Source: Candidatus Omnitrophota bacterium (lineage in GTDB: Bacteria > Omnitrophota > Omnitrophia > Omnitrophales > Aquincolibacteriaceae). Taken from it: a DNA stretch of 64,000 nucleotides. The stretch lies in assembly GCA_903884815.1 (NCBI GenBank), contig CAISGE010000062.1, positions 17 to 64,016 of the forward strand. The letters run 5' to 3'. The position numbers were made by a program, and so were the translations under genes. The notes under the pieces are model-generated. The model ran no database searches. It had not been told where the DNA came from and saw nothing but the letters and a program-made list of their open reading frames with translations. This document shows positions 1 through 9,803 of this stretch, in pieces (the first letter of the stretch is position 1; each line of letters opens with the position of its first letter).

Positions 1-8
1 CGGATCTT

Positions 9-3000
9 TTGTCCGCGCTTCCTGGTTTTAAGACCGGGGAACTCACGACCGTGAGTTTTGTGATCGATGAGAACGTGGTTCCTGCCGGGACGAGCGGCAA
101 GGTGACTGTGGACACGATGAACCTGAAGTATATCCCCAGCGTGAATCCCAACCTGGGGTCGACAACGGCGAGTACTTTGCCTCTCTTTTCGGATCTGATC
201 GCGTTTCAAAGTAAAGCACCAGATCCCACCGCAATCGCAAATGTGACGGCTCTTTCAGCCAACCGGTTCAACTTGCTTTTCACTGTCGCAAACGAGGGGA
301 GCTACGGTGGAACTGCCAGCGTTTATACGGAAGCGCACGATTTCACTGCGCTGAGTCATTTGGTGCTTGGCCTGAGATTGTCCGCGGGGAGTGGTGATGT
401 TTTTCTCGAGCTCCAGGATTCTACGGGGGCAAAAGGGAGCGTTCGTTTGACCGGGGTGAATGGGACCCTAGGTTTCTACGACGTGGCTTTAACGGAATTC
501 ACAAATTACTCGAATGTGAATCTTTCCAAAATCTCCAATGTCAATCTCGTGGTCACGTATGATTCTATGTCCGCGTCGGCACGCACGGCTACAACCCTTG
601 AAGTTACTCTTGCAAATCAGCCGTTCGTGACGAACGTTCCGTGGGATCCGACAGCGACGATCAATGACATTTCTCTTCTCCCGCAGTTCAAGAATCTTGT
701 GGCATTCGGGAGCAAGACACCTGCGCCTACCGGGGTGGCAACGGCGACGCCGTTTACGGCAACCCGTTTTAACCTTAATTACAACGTGTTGAATGGCGGC
801 AGCTATGTCGGGAGTATCAGCACCTATGATGATTTTTCGACACCGGCCATAGAATCCATACCCCTTAGTCTGACAAAGCTCGTGCTTGGTCTGCGCCTGC
901 AGTCCGGAGGTGGGGCTGTGAAGATCATTGTGGAAGATGCCTCTACTCCTGGGAACAAAGCGGCTGTTCTCCTCACGGATGTCACGACGACAGAGAAATT
1001 CTATACCATCGATAAGGCCCTTTTTGCGGGCATTGATTGGTCGAAGGTGAGGAATATCATTGTCCAGGTTGAGTCCAAAGATGTTTCGGAAAAGATCGGC
1101 GTGCTGGAAGTGCGTTTCGGGAACAATTACTTTATCCCCGGGGTCATCACGGGGACGACTTATAATCCCGCTGCGTTGACCTCTCTCCCGTTCTTTCCGG
1201 CGCTTCTTGCGGGTTCAGCCAATTCTGCCGCGGGTGAGGCCAAGCCAACGATTACCATGACGCCGAATTCGTCCAGCGAGTTCGAGTATCAGTACGATCT
1301 CTCGCATGGACTTTCCGGATTCACCTTTGTTTCAATCGCAAGGACAGGGTCGCTGGTGTATCGGTTTCCGACCAATCAATATGTCTTTGCGGCCAAAGGC
1401 AGTGCGGGAGAGCGGATTCAGGTGGAGATCAAGGATCCTGACAACTGTGGTACCGCGGCCGGGTGCGATACGGCGGTTTATACGATCGAGTTGACTTCGG
1501 ACTATCAGAATTTCGTGCTGGATCTTCCGGCGAATATCGACCGAACGAGGATCAAGGAAGTTGTTTTTGTCCAGACCGCCAATTTGGGGTCGCCGCTGTT
1601 GAATGATTTTGTGAAGATCCAGACGACGGGATTGAAGACAGTGGTCAATCCTTTGCCGACGGATCTCCAGGCAATTCAAACGACGCTGGCCACGCGAGGT
1701 ATCGGTTATTTTGATCCTAATGCCATAGATTCGGGGATCGATCCTGTCACACATTTCCCGTACGATAATATTACGGATGGTGTGGCCAAAAAACAAACTC
1801 AGCCGACGCTGATCGGATTCTATCTTCAAATCCTCGGGGATGTGGTGCTGAAAGCTCTCAACAACGGCATGGACCAGGCGCATGCGCTTGCCGAGATTCA
1901 GACCGTATTGACCAATCTTCTTTCCGCTCAGGCTCAATATGGTTGGGCTCCTCCCGGGCAAACCGTCAAGGGTCTGATTCCCTGGTTTGATCTTGGAACT
2001 ACCGGCATTACGAAAGCGTCCACGGATAAAGTTGCTCTCGGGGACAACGCGAATTTGGCGCAGAGTTTGGCCGTCATGGTCGGCGCGCTGAAAAATTCGG
2101 GGCTGACCGGGACGAATCTGACAACGGCACAGTCTATCGCCGCCAAGGTCGAACAATTTCTCGATAACCAGAGAGTGGGTTATGAGAAGTTCGTAGATAC
2201 CTCCAAGGGGCAATTCTATGGCGATGTTAGCACCGTGACAGGAGTGTTTTCAAATCACATTGATCGCCTGGCCAATGAATTCCGTGGAGCGATCGCGTTC
2301 CTTATGGTTCGATATCCGACCTTACCGAAAAAGACAAGTGATGGCTCCTCGGTCTGGGACAATCTCGAGGTCGTGACGAATGACAGCTATGTGGATCGTA
2401 ACGGGGATACCATCACGAACCTTGCGGCATGGGATGGCGGCGCTTTTCAGACTTTCTGGCCGTCACTCAGAAATAATGAAATGGATTTTATCGGGTTCCG
2501 GAACGCCCTTTACAATCAGCTCGTCACGCAGTTGGACTATGCGTATCAGAACCGTATCCCCGGCATTTTGTCAGCCAGCGCGCGACCCGACAATAACGCT
2601 TATGAAGGCGATATCGGGATACCGCAGATCGCTGAAGAGAACATGAATCACCCGGCTGGGTCAAATCTGCTTCTGGCCGATGTCGGTTCCACCTATGCTC
2701 TGGCTGCGGCGATGAATGTGGATAACTACGCTGTCTTGGGTTGGTTGGATACGATCGACTTTTTGTACGGGGTTAATGGCTCTTTCAAGTTTCTCGTGTC
2801 GGATTTTATCGGGACCTTTGATGCCAACTCTTTTAAGGGGAACGGGCTGGCGGATGGTTGGGATCAGGGGAAACTTACTCCCACACCTGCTACTCCGGAG
2901 GCTTGGCGCGATGCTCTCAATCAGATCCTGCCGGTAAGAATGCGCACCACGGATTATCAAAGTATTCAATCCAATTCAACGATTCTGGCCAAACTCGACG

Positions 3001-4301
3001 CGGAAGCCAAAGGATTGCTCACCAAGGCGCTCATTTCGCCCGCGGTCGACATGACGGTATCTGAGCTGGAAGTTTTGAACAGACGGATCATCGAGGCCGT
3101 TTATCCTCAACTGGTAGAAAAGGCTCACTCCTACGGTTTCTATGATTCAGCTCGGTCTGCCAGCGAGATTTCCTCGAGCTACGTCGGGATCGATGTGGCG
3201 TCGACAGTTCTTGGCCTGTCGGGCAAGGGAGGCGCGGATTTCTCGGCTTATTTGACGGATAAAGGCTGGACGGCAGCCTACAACAAGCTTTACGACGATA
3301 AGAGCCATCTCCTAATGGGAATTACCCGGACAGACACGACGGTTCCCGTTGCGCCTGAGTTTCCGGACCGTTCTTTCGCGGTGTTCAGTAATCTCTCGTC
3401 CCAGGGAGTGATCAATAATTTTCTGCCGACCACGACGCAGCCCTACGGGATACGTCTTGCCTACACCGATTTGAAAGGCGTCGACAGTGGTTATTTCTGG
3501 AAATTTGATCAAGCCTATAACGCCACGGCGAATCAGCTGATCATCAACTATTCGGCGCCTGTGACGCCGCAGAGTGTAAGGCTCGAGTTCAAGGATGCCG
3601 CGGGGTTGGTGCTTTATCAGACGTCCATAATGCTTCAGGATAAGGCCACGTTCGCGCGTCTCATGATCGATCTGCCGAACTTGGCGATCCTGAGCCAGGT
3701 CAAGGAGCTTGATCTTGTAGTGGATCCCCAGGAAGGCGGTGCCGCTCAAGGGGATTTCACGATCCATGCGATTGACTTCCAGCATGTGCCGTCCGCACCG
3801 GTGGTGCCGCTTAGCGTGGTGCCAAGTCCGGCCGTGGTCACAGTATTGCCTGTGAATGACGCTACCGTTCCGGTTGCTGGCGTTCCGGAAGTTGTGGGGA
3901 CATCTCCCAATGACGTGGTGGCACATACGCCGGGTACGAACATTACGGATCTCCATTTTGATCTGAGGCAGCCCAACGCTATTGCCGCGATCGTTCTGAA
4001 TTTCGATCCAAATCTCAAGGGGAATAGTATCGATCTTTCCGCGATCCCGAATCTGATCTTTGGGATCAGTTCGGCAGTGGCGATGAATATCCAAATCGAA
4101 ATTGAAGATACCAAGGGAAATACCTACAGAACCTCGCATTCGGACATTGTGGCGTCGGGATATTACAAGTTTCTGACGTCCCTGGCGTTTGGGCGGGTGG
4201 ATCTGAGCCACGTGAAGGCTATTAAATTTGGCGTGGATCAGTATTCCGTGACAACTCCCACGGAAGGGGATCTGCAGCTTGAGATCGGCGGCTTGTCCTA
4301 G
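9..4301 (+). CDS. Giant (>1430 aa, 5'-truncated by window edge) secreted/surface multi-domain protein; several ~120-aa beta-rich repeat modules (CBM/Ig-like) at both ends flanking a central (alpha/alpha)-barrel-like glycoside-hydrolase-like (glucoamylase-like) region
   Basis: Single uninterrupted ORF in frame from the window start. Internal repeat modules share the motif L(S/T)(H/K)LVLGLRL..G.G. The central segment (DPVTHFPYDNITDG...WDGGAFQTFWP...) resembles glucoamylase-like GH folds. There is no homology to cytoplasmic enzymes. Confidence 0.55.
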   Translation: MSALPGFKTGELTTVSFVIDENVVPAGTSGKVTVDTMNLKYIPSVNPNLGSTTASTLPLFSDLIAFQSKAPDPTAIANVTALSANRFNLLFTVANEGSYGGTASVYTEAHDFTALSHLVLGLRLSAGSGDVFLELQDSTGAKGSVRLTGVNGTLGFYDVALTEFTNYSNVNLSKISNVNLVVTYDSMSASARTATTLEVTLANQPFVTNVPWDPTATINDISLLPQFKNLVAFGSKTPAPTGVATATPFTATRFNLNYNVLNGGSYVGSISTYDDFSTPAIESIPLSLTKLVLGLRLQSGGGAVKIIVEDASTPGNKAAVLLTDVTTTEKFYTIDKALFAGIDWSKVRNIIVQVESKDVSEKIGVLEVRFGNNYFIPGVITGTTYNPAALTSLPFFPALLAGSANSAAGEAKPTITMTPNSSSEFEYQYDLSHGLSGFTFVSIARTGSLVYRFPTNQYVFAAKGSAGERIQVEIKDPDNCGTAAGCDTAVYTIELTSDYQNFVLDLPANIDRTRIKEVVFVQTANLGSPLLNDFVKIQTTGLKTVVNPLPTDLQAIQTTLATRGIGYFDPNAIDSGIDPVTHFPYDNITDGVAKKQTQPTLIGFYLQILGDVVLKALNNGMDQAHALAEIQTVLTNLLSAQAQYGWAPPGQTVKGLIPWFDLGTTGITKASTDKVALGDNANLAQSLAVMVGALKNSGLTGTNLTTAQSIAAKVEQFLDNQRVGYEKFVDTSKGQFYGDVSTVTGVFSNHIDRLANEFRGAIAFLMVRYPTLPKKTSDGSSVWDNLEVVTNDSYVDRNGDTITNLAAWDGGAFQTFWPSLRNNEMDFIGFRNALYNQLVTQLDYAYQNRIPGILSASARPDNNAYEGDIGIPQIAEENMNHPAGSNLLLADVGSTYALAAAMNVDNYAVLGWLDTIDFLYGVNGSFKFLVSDFIGTFDANSFKGNGLADGWDQGKLTPTPATPEAWRDALNQILPVRMRTTDYQSIQSNSTILAKLDAEAKGLLTKALISPAVDMTVSELEVLNRRIIEAVYPQLVEKAHSYGFYDSARSASEISSSYVGIDVASTVLGLSGKGGADFSAYLTDKGWTAAYNKLYDDKSHLLMGITRTDTTVPVAPEFPDRSFAVFSNLSSQGVINNFLPTTTQPYGIRLAYTDLKGVDSGYFWKFDQAYNATANQLIINYSAPVTPQSVRLEFKDAAGLVLYQTSIMLQDKATFARLMIDLPNLAILSQVKELDLVVDPQEGGAAQGDFTIHAIDFQHVPSAPVVPLSVVPSPAVVTVLPVNDATVPVAGVPEVVGTSPNDVVAHTPGTNITDLHFDLRQPNAIAAIVLNFDPNLKGNSIDLSAIPNLIFGISSAVAMNIQIEIEDTKGNTYRTSHSDIVASGYYKFLTSLAFGRVDLSHVKAIKFGVDQYSVTTPTEGDLQLEIGGLS

Positions 4302-4398
4302 CTTCCTCTCTTCGTTTCAATAAAGGTTGCTAGGGCTAGTCCAATTTTCGATTTAGAAATAAATGCGGTGAATTGGGCTTGTCCTAGCTTCCTCTCTT
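4291..4398. repeat. Two perfect 22-bp direct repeats (gcttgtcctagcttcctctctt) at 4291-4312 and 4377-4398; the first copy spans the stop codon of the giant gene
   Basis: Exact 22/22 match read directly in the sequence, 86 bp apart. Confidence 0.8.
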
Positions 4399-4589
4399 TT
4401 CGTAAGGGAATCGGATTTGCAATAATACCGGGTCAGGGTTACAATCCACTCACGATTTTTTTAAACACGGGGATGGAATGTATGGAAAACGAACCCGGTA
4501 TCCTCGATCTCATTGAGACTCTAAAGAGCAGTCAAACATCCCGCCCGGCGGGCTCCAGAGCGGTTGCAACCCCTATAGGGAGGTCCACC

Positions 4590-5456
4590 ATGAATAATCC
4601 CATCTCGGGACTCATCTTTTTCGCACTTCTCATCCTCGGTTTTCTTGTGGGCGCGCCGATTTTTATGGCGAATCAGGCCCTCGGGGGAATGCTGGGGGTG
4701 GGCTGGTTCTTTCTTTCCATGGTCATCGCCAATGGGGTTCAAATGGCGGCGCAATGGGAGAAGGGAGTGGTTTTTCAGCTTGGAAAATTCAGCAGAATCG
4801 CGGGGCCCGGACTTTTCTTTATTATTCCGGTGGTGGAGGAGGTTCGCAAGATCGATATGCGCGTTCTCACGATGGATATCCCGTCCCAGCAGGTGATCAC
4901 CAAGGACAATGTGCCCGTGAAGATCAATGGCGTGATCTTTTTTAAAGTCGATGATCCCGCGAACGCGATCATTAAAGTGCAGGATTATCGTTACGCGATC
5001 TCGCAGTACTCCCAGACCTCGCTTCGTGACGTCATCGGTCAGATGACGCTCGATCAGCTTCTGACGGAACGGGAAGAGATCGGCAAAAAGATCGAGGCGA
5101 ATGTGGAAAAAGACACCGAAGCCTGGGGACTTGAAGTGACAGGCATCCGGATCCAGGATATTGATATGCCGGAAGAGCTTAAGAAGATGATGTCCCGTCA
5201 AGCCTCGGCGGAACGGGAAAAGCGCGCGACGATCACGAAGGCGGAAGGCGATCGCGATGCCTCGGCGAACCTTGCGCTAGCGGCGAAGATCATGGCGGAA
5301 AGTCCAGGGGCGATGCAACTCAGGACGCTTCAGACGATTGATGGTCTTGGGCCTACGGCTTCGAACACCGTGGTGCTTGCGGTGCCTATCAATATCATGG
5401 ATATCTTGGATCAGACCAGCGCGTTCTTGAAGACCAAGACGAACAAACCGACTTAG
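4590..5456 (+). CDS. SPFH/band-7 (stomatin/prohibitin/QmcA-like) membrane protein
   Basis: N-terminal TM helix followed by a typical SPFH core (VFQLGKF...GPGLFFIIP...IPSQQVITKDNV...) and an Ala/Glu-rich coiled tail. Start chosen at the ATG at 4590, preceded by GGGAGG; the upstream in-frame extension looks non-coding. Confidence 0.8.
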   Translation: MNNPISGLIFFALLILGFLVGAPIFMANQALGGMLGVGWFFLSMVIANGVQMAAQWEKGVVFQLGKFSRIAGPGLFFIIPVVEEVRKIDMRVLTMDIPSQQVITKDNVPVKINGVIFFKVDDPANAIIKVQDYRYAISQYSQTSLRDVIGQMTLDQLLTEREEIGKKIEANVEKDTEAWGLEVTGIRIQDIDMPEELKKMMSRQASAEREKRATITKAEGDRDASANLALAAKIMAESPGAMQLRTLQTIDGLGPTASNTVVLAVPINIMDILDQTSAFLKTKTNKPT

Positions 5457-5820
5457 GCGGCGGGACTTTGGGGCAAAAAAAAGCCCCAACAATGAGTTCG
5501 AGAATCACGCTTTATCTAGCAATTTTATAGTATAAAAAACCGCATTGCTCGTCAGGCGAAATCCTCTAGGCTGTGGCTGTTATGCTCACGTTGAGGCTTT
5601 TAGCTCTTGGGAGGAACGGCTTCGAATCCTGCCTTGCTTCGCCGTTCCTCAATGTCAAAGAATCATGTATAATACCCCTCAATTGAAGGGTAGCTGTCCC
5701 AGGCTCATCTGTCAAGGTTCGTAAGCCTAATCAGTTAAAAGACTTAGGAAAGCAGTTTTTGACAATAAATGGGGTTGTTGTTAGGATAACTCGCAATGGT
5801 GTTCAAAATCTGAAAAGGTT

Positions 5821-7035
5821 GTGACGATGCACAGTACGACAGAAGAGATTATCCAGGATATTCGTGAGGGTCGCATGGTCATCATGACCGATGATGAGAC
5901 CCGTGAGAACGAAGGCGACATTGTTTTTGCCGCTTCCAAGACGACTCCTGAGATGGTCAATTTCATGATGAAATACGCGCGCGGGCTGATTTGTGTTCCT
6001 ATGGCCGCAGATCGCATTCAGGTTTTAGGGCTTGATCAGATGAATCCGAATCCTGAAGACTCCATGAAAACCGCGTTCACGGTATCGGTGGACGCGCGAG
6101 TCGGCATTACCACAGGGATTTCCGCCTATGATCGGAATCGAACCATTGAACTTCTCGCCGACTCCCGGACGCACCGCGAAGACCTGGTGATCCCCGGGCA
6201 TATTTTTCCGCTCAAGGCTAAGCAGGGAGGCGTGCTTCGCCGTGCCGGCCATACCGAAGCCGCGGTAGATCTGGCAGAGGCCGCCGGGTTGCCATCCGCG
6301 GCGGTAATCTGCGAGATCGTTAATGACGATGGGAAAATGGCGAGACTTGCGGATCTCCTGGAATTCGCAAAGGCGCATAAGCTGAAGATCGGAACGATAC
6401 AGGATCTCATCGCTTACCGGACCAAGGCCAACAAGCTTGTGAAGAAAATAAGCGAGGCGCAGCTGCCGACTAAATTCGGCGTTTGGACCATCAAGATCTA
6501 TGAGTCGGTCCTTGACGGCGCGCAGCATGTCGCGTTGATCCAGGGGAAGGTCGGGGATAGTCCGGCGCTCGTGCGTGTCCACTCGGAGTGTTTTACCGGG
6601 GATGTGCTGAGTTCTCTGCGCTGTGATTGTCAGGATCAGCTTGCCGCAGCGATGAAGATGATTCAAAAAGAAGGTGCGGGCGTGATCCTCTATATGCGTC
6701 AGGAAGGTCGTGGAATCGGTCTCGCGAACAAGATCAAGGCGTACGGGCTTCAGGACGATCAAGGGCTCGACACGGTCCAGGCAAATGAGGCGCTCGGTTT
6801 TAAGCCGGATCTTCGCGATTACGGGATCGGGGCCCAGATCCTTCACGACCTTGGGCTTTCCAAGCTTCGTCTGATGACCAATAATCCCCGCAAGATCGTG
6901 GGACTGGAAGGGTATGGTCTTCAGATCGTCGAGCGGCTTCCGATCGTTATCCCCTCGAACCCTACGAACGCGAAATACCTTCAGACGAAAATAGATAAAT
7001 TCGGCCATCTTTTCGGTAAGGAGACGAACCCATGA
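5821..7035 (+). CDS. ribBA: Bifunctional 3,4-dihydroxy-2-butanone-4-phosphate synthase / GTP cyclohydrolase II
   Basis: N-terminal DHBP synthase motifs (MTDDETRENEGD) and C-terminal GTP cyclohydrolase II (HSECFTGDV...CDCQDQL...YMRQEGRGIGL). Confidence 0.92.
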   Translation: MTMHSTTEEIIQDIREGRMVIMTDDETRENEGDIVFAASKTTPEMVNFMMKYARGLICVPMAADRIQVLGLDQMNPNPEDSMKTAFTVSVDARVGITTGISAYDRNRTIELLADSRTHREDLVIPGHIFPLKAKQGGVLRRAGHTEAAVDLAEAAGLPSAAVICEIVNDDGKMARLADLLEFAKAHKLKIGTIQDLIAYRTKANKLVKKISEAQLPTKFGVWTIKIYESVLDGAQHVALIQGKVGDSPALVRVHSECFTGDVLSSLRCDCQDQLAAAMKMIQKEGAGVILYMRQEGRGIGLANKIKAYGLQDDQGLDTVQANEALGFKPDLRDYGIGAQILHDLGLSKLRLMTNNPRKIVGLEGYGLQIVERLPIVIPSNPTNAKYLQTKIDKFGHLFGKETNP

Positions 7036-7535
7036 CGGTTTATCACGGCAAGATCCTCGCTGGAAATAAGAAGTTCGGCATCGTTGTTTCGAGATTTAAT
7101 GATTTTATCACCTCTCGGTTGCTCAACGGGGCGGTGACGACCCTCAAGAAAGCCGGAGCGCCGGACAAGAACATCAAGATCGTCTGGGTCCCGGGCGGCC
7201 TTGAAGTTCCTTTTTTCTGTAAAAAGTTGAAATCTCAAAAACATTGTGATGTGGTGATTGCTCTCAGCTGCGTGATCCGCGGGGGAACCTACCATTTTGA
7301 GTGCGTGTCGAATGAACTTACCCGCGGGATCAGCCAGGTGGCGCTCGAGACCGGGACGCCGATCGCGTCGGGGATCCTGACGGTTGAGAATCTGGAACAG
7401 GCGATTGACCGGGCCGGGTTGAAGCATGGCAATAAGGGCGAGCAAGCCGCTTTGGCGGCGCTTGAGATCGCAAGTTTGAATGACCAGTTATCCGGCAAGG
7501 GAAAGCCTTCGAAGGTTCGTGCTAAGAAGAAGTAG
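7032..7535 (+). CDS. ribH: 6,7-dimethyl-8-ribityllumazine synthase
   Basis: Family signature (GIVVSRFNDFITSRLL...VWVPGGLEVPF); start overlaps the ribBA stop (ATGA). Confidence 0.9.
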   Translation: MTVYHGKILAGNKKFGIVVSRFNDFITSRLLNGAVTTLKKAGAPDKNIKIVWVPGGLEVPFFCKKLKSQKHCDVVIALSCVIRGGTYHFECVSNELTRGISQVALETGTPIASGILTVENLEQAIDRAGLKHGNKGEQAALAALEIASLNDQLSGKGKPSKVRAKKK

Positions 7536-7567
7536 GATCTTTCGACAAAAAAACGGTAAAGGAAAAC

Positions 7568-8017
7568 ATGCAACGTAAACGAACCCAATCCCGTGAGTGC
7601 GCGCTCCAGATCCTTTATCAGCATGAGATGAATCCCGAGCCCATGCCGGAGATCCTGAAATTGTTTTGGTCCCAGCAGGATGAAGTTTTCTCCGATGAAG
7701 TCCGGACTTTTGCGGAAAAACTCGCGCTGGGGGTTATGGAAAATCAGCTTGAGATCGACCAGGTCCTGGGGAAGTACGCGGATAACTGGGAACTTTCGCG
7801 TATGGCCATGATCGACCGGAATGTGATGCGCCTCGCGACTTACGAACTGCTTTATCTGGCCGACGTTCCGCCTAAAGTCACGCTGAATGAGGCTGTGAAT
7901 CTTGCCAAGAAGTTTTCGCAGGAAGAATCCGGCAAGTTCGTCAACGGCATCCTCGATAAGATCAACCACACCGAAAAGCCAAAAAATCCCAAGGACCATG
8001 ACCCTTCCGTCGCATGA
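7568..8017 (+). CDS. nusB: Transcription antitermination factor NusB
   Basis: NusB-like sequence (RECALQILYQ...DRNVMRLATYELLY). The position next to ribH is a widely conserved linkage. Confidence 0.85.
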   Translation: MQRKRTQSRECALQILYQHEMNPEPMPEILKLFWSQQDEVFSDEVRTFAEKLALGVMENQLEIDQVLGKYADNWELSRMAMIDRNVMRLATYELLYLADVPPKVTLNEAVNLAKKFSQEESGKFVNGILDKINHTEKPKNPKDHDPSVA

Positions 8018-9122
8018 ATTTTGGATGAAGCGCGCGATCGCTTTGGCGGAAAAAGGACGTTTTAGCGTCAGTCCTAATCCCATGGTTGGAGCCTGTGTCG
8101 TCCTAAAGGGGAAACTGGTGGGCTCCGGCTTTCATGAGAAATTTGGTGCCCCTCACGCTGAACCCAACGCCCTCGCCCGGGCCGGAAACAAAACTAAGGG
8201 CGCCACGCTTTACGTGACACTGGAACCCTGTGCCACCTGGCAAAAAACCCCGCCCTGCGCTCCTATGATCCTCAAAAAAGGCATACGGGAAGTCGTGATC
8301 GGTTGTCTGGATCCGAATCCTCTCAATCGTGGGAAAGGGGTTCGCTTTCTCCGCCGTAACGGAATTGCCGTGACAACAGGAATCCTAGAGCTGGAGGTTC
8401 GAAAGCAGAACGAAGGCTTCTTCAAGTGCATGACCGATAAGCGGCCCTTTGTGACACTTAAAATGGCGCAAACGCTGGACGGTAAAATCGCGACACACCG
8501 GGGACTTTCTCGATGGATCTCTTCGCCGCCGTCGCGTGAATTTGTTCACGAGCTTCGGGCCCAGCACGATGCTGTCCTGGTGGGCAAGAACACCTTTGAG
8601 AAGGATGATCCGAGGCTTACAGTTCCGAAACGTTCCCGTTCCCTTGAATCGGGGAAGCCCTGGAAAATCATCATGATCTCCGCAACAGGGTGGTCACGAA
8701 AGGCGCGGATTTTTGAGGATGAACGGCTGACGGTCCTTGCGTTCCGGGAGAAGGATCTTGGTGCGATCGCGAAAAAAGCAGAAGCTCAAAAAGGATCTCT
8801 AATGCTTTTACCGGTCAAAGAGAGACACGGAAAGCTGGAAGTGCGCGATCTTCTCAAGAAACTTGCGGCGATCGGTGTGACGCGGTTGCTTGTCGAAGGC
8901 GGCGGAGAGCTGGCATGGTCTTTTCTCGAGGCGGGATGCGTGGATCGGGCTTTTTGGATCATCGCGCCCAAGATCTTCGGGGGACGGAATGCAAAGACCT
9001 CCGTGGAGGGCTCGGGCGTCAAGATACCTGACCAGGCATTTTTGTTTCTACCTGAAAAGGTAACGCGTTCAGGAAAAGATTGGATCTTCTCAGGGAATTT
9101 TAAGAAAAATAAAATAAAGTAA
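7998..9122 (+). CDS. ribD: Riboflavin biosynthesis deaminase/reductase
   Basis: CMP/dCMP-type deaminase zinc motifs (HAEPNAL...TLEPCA...C) and a C-terminal RibD reductase domain. The ATG at 7998 is preferred over the ORF-track ATG at 7902, which would overlap nusB by 116 nt. Confidence 0.85.
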   Translation: MTLPSHEFWMKRAIALAEKGRFSVSPNPMVGACVVLKGKLVGSGFHEKFGAPHAEPNALARAGNKTKGATLYVTLEPCATWQKTPPCAPMILKKGIREVVIGCLDPNPLNRGKGVRFLRRNGIAVTTGILELEVRKQNEGFFKCMTDKRPFVTLKMAQTLDGKIATHRGLSRWISSPPSREFVHELRAQHDAVLVGKNTFEKDDPRLTVPKRSRSLESGKPWKIIMISATGWSRKARIFEDERLTVLAFREKDLGAIAKKAEAQKGSLMLLPVKERHGKLEVRDLLKKLAAIGVTRLLVEGGGELAWSFLEAGCVDRAFWIIAPKIFGGRNAKTSVEGSGVKIPDQAFLFLPEKVTRSGKDWIFSGNFKKNKIK

Positions 9123-9131
9123 GGAGCGACT

Positions 9132-9803
9132 ATGTTCACGGGCATTATTGAGAATCAAGGCATCGTTAAAAAAAGGGAAGATCGCGGCGGGCAGGTCCGC
9201 TTCGGGTTCCGGTTCAGGAAAAAAGAAAAAGGACTCCGTGTGGGAGAAAGCATCATGGTCTCCGGGGTATGTTTGACAGCCGTTCGCGTGAGTCCCGAGG
9301 GTTTTGAAGCAGATGTGGTGCATCAGACGCTTCAAGCGACGACGCTTGGAGCGCTTAAGATGGGCGGTGTCGTCAATCTTGAGAGGTCGCTCAAGGTGGG
9401 AGATGGGATGGGCGGGCATTTTGTGACCGGTCATATCGACGGCCGCGGCACGATTTGTAAGATTGAAAAGAGAAAAAAGAATACGACCTTGTTCATTAAA
9501 GCTTCCAAGGATATAATCGCGCTGCTCGCGGACAAAGGCTCGGTTGCTTGTGACGGAATCAGCCTGACCGTCCAAAAAGTTCGCGGGGGAATTTTCCAAA
9601 TTGCTGTGATCCCTCACACGCTCAAGGTGACGACGTTGGGGATCAAGCGAGTGGGCTATGAAGTCAATCTCGAAGTGGATATTGTGGCGCGCTATCTTCA
9701 AATGTGTTTTGCTAAAGAAAAGTCCCGGAAAACTTTTTCATCGCGCGCGATACTCCGGGAACTTCTCCAGCAGGGGCGTGAGTGGAAAAAAGATTTGAAT
9801 TGA
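9132..9803 (+). CDS. ribE: Riboflavin synthase alpha chain
   Basis: Begins MFTGIIE..G, the classic riboflavin synthase N-terminus, with a duplicated lumazine-binding half (HFVTGHIDG); AGGAG RBS present. Confidence 0.85.
   Translation: MFTGIIENQGIVKKREDRGGQVRFGFRFRKKEKGLRVGESIMVSGVCLTAVRVSPEGFEADVVHQTLQATTLGALKMGGVVNLERSLKVGDGMGGHFVTGHIDGRGTICKIEKRKKNTTLFIKASKDIIALLADKGSVACDGISLTVQKVRGGIFQIAVIPHTLKVTTLGIKRVGYEVNLEVDIVARYLQMCFAKEKSRKTFSSRAILRELLQQGREWKKDLN

Noticed and set aside
4368-4589. 74-aa N-terminal extension of the SPFH ORF
   Set aside because: The extension has no RBS and a non-protein-like composition, and it overlaps the 22-bp direct repeat. The ATG at 4590 has GGGAGG and starts directly at the TM helix.
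5457-5820. FMN riboswitch call upstream of ribBA
   Set aside because: It was expected from the operon context, but the conserved RFN core motifs are not visible by eye. It is recorded as a finding to test, not as a feature.
7902-9122. Longer ribD ORF starting at ATG 7902
   Set aside because: It would overlap nusB by 116 nt and encode a low-complexity Ser/Thr/Arg-rich leader. The ATG at 7998 (MTLPSHEFWMKRAIALAEKG) gives the normal deaminase N-terminus.
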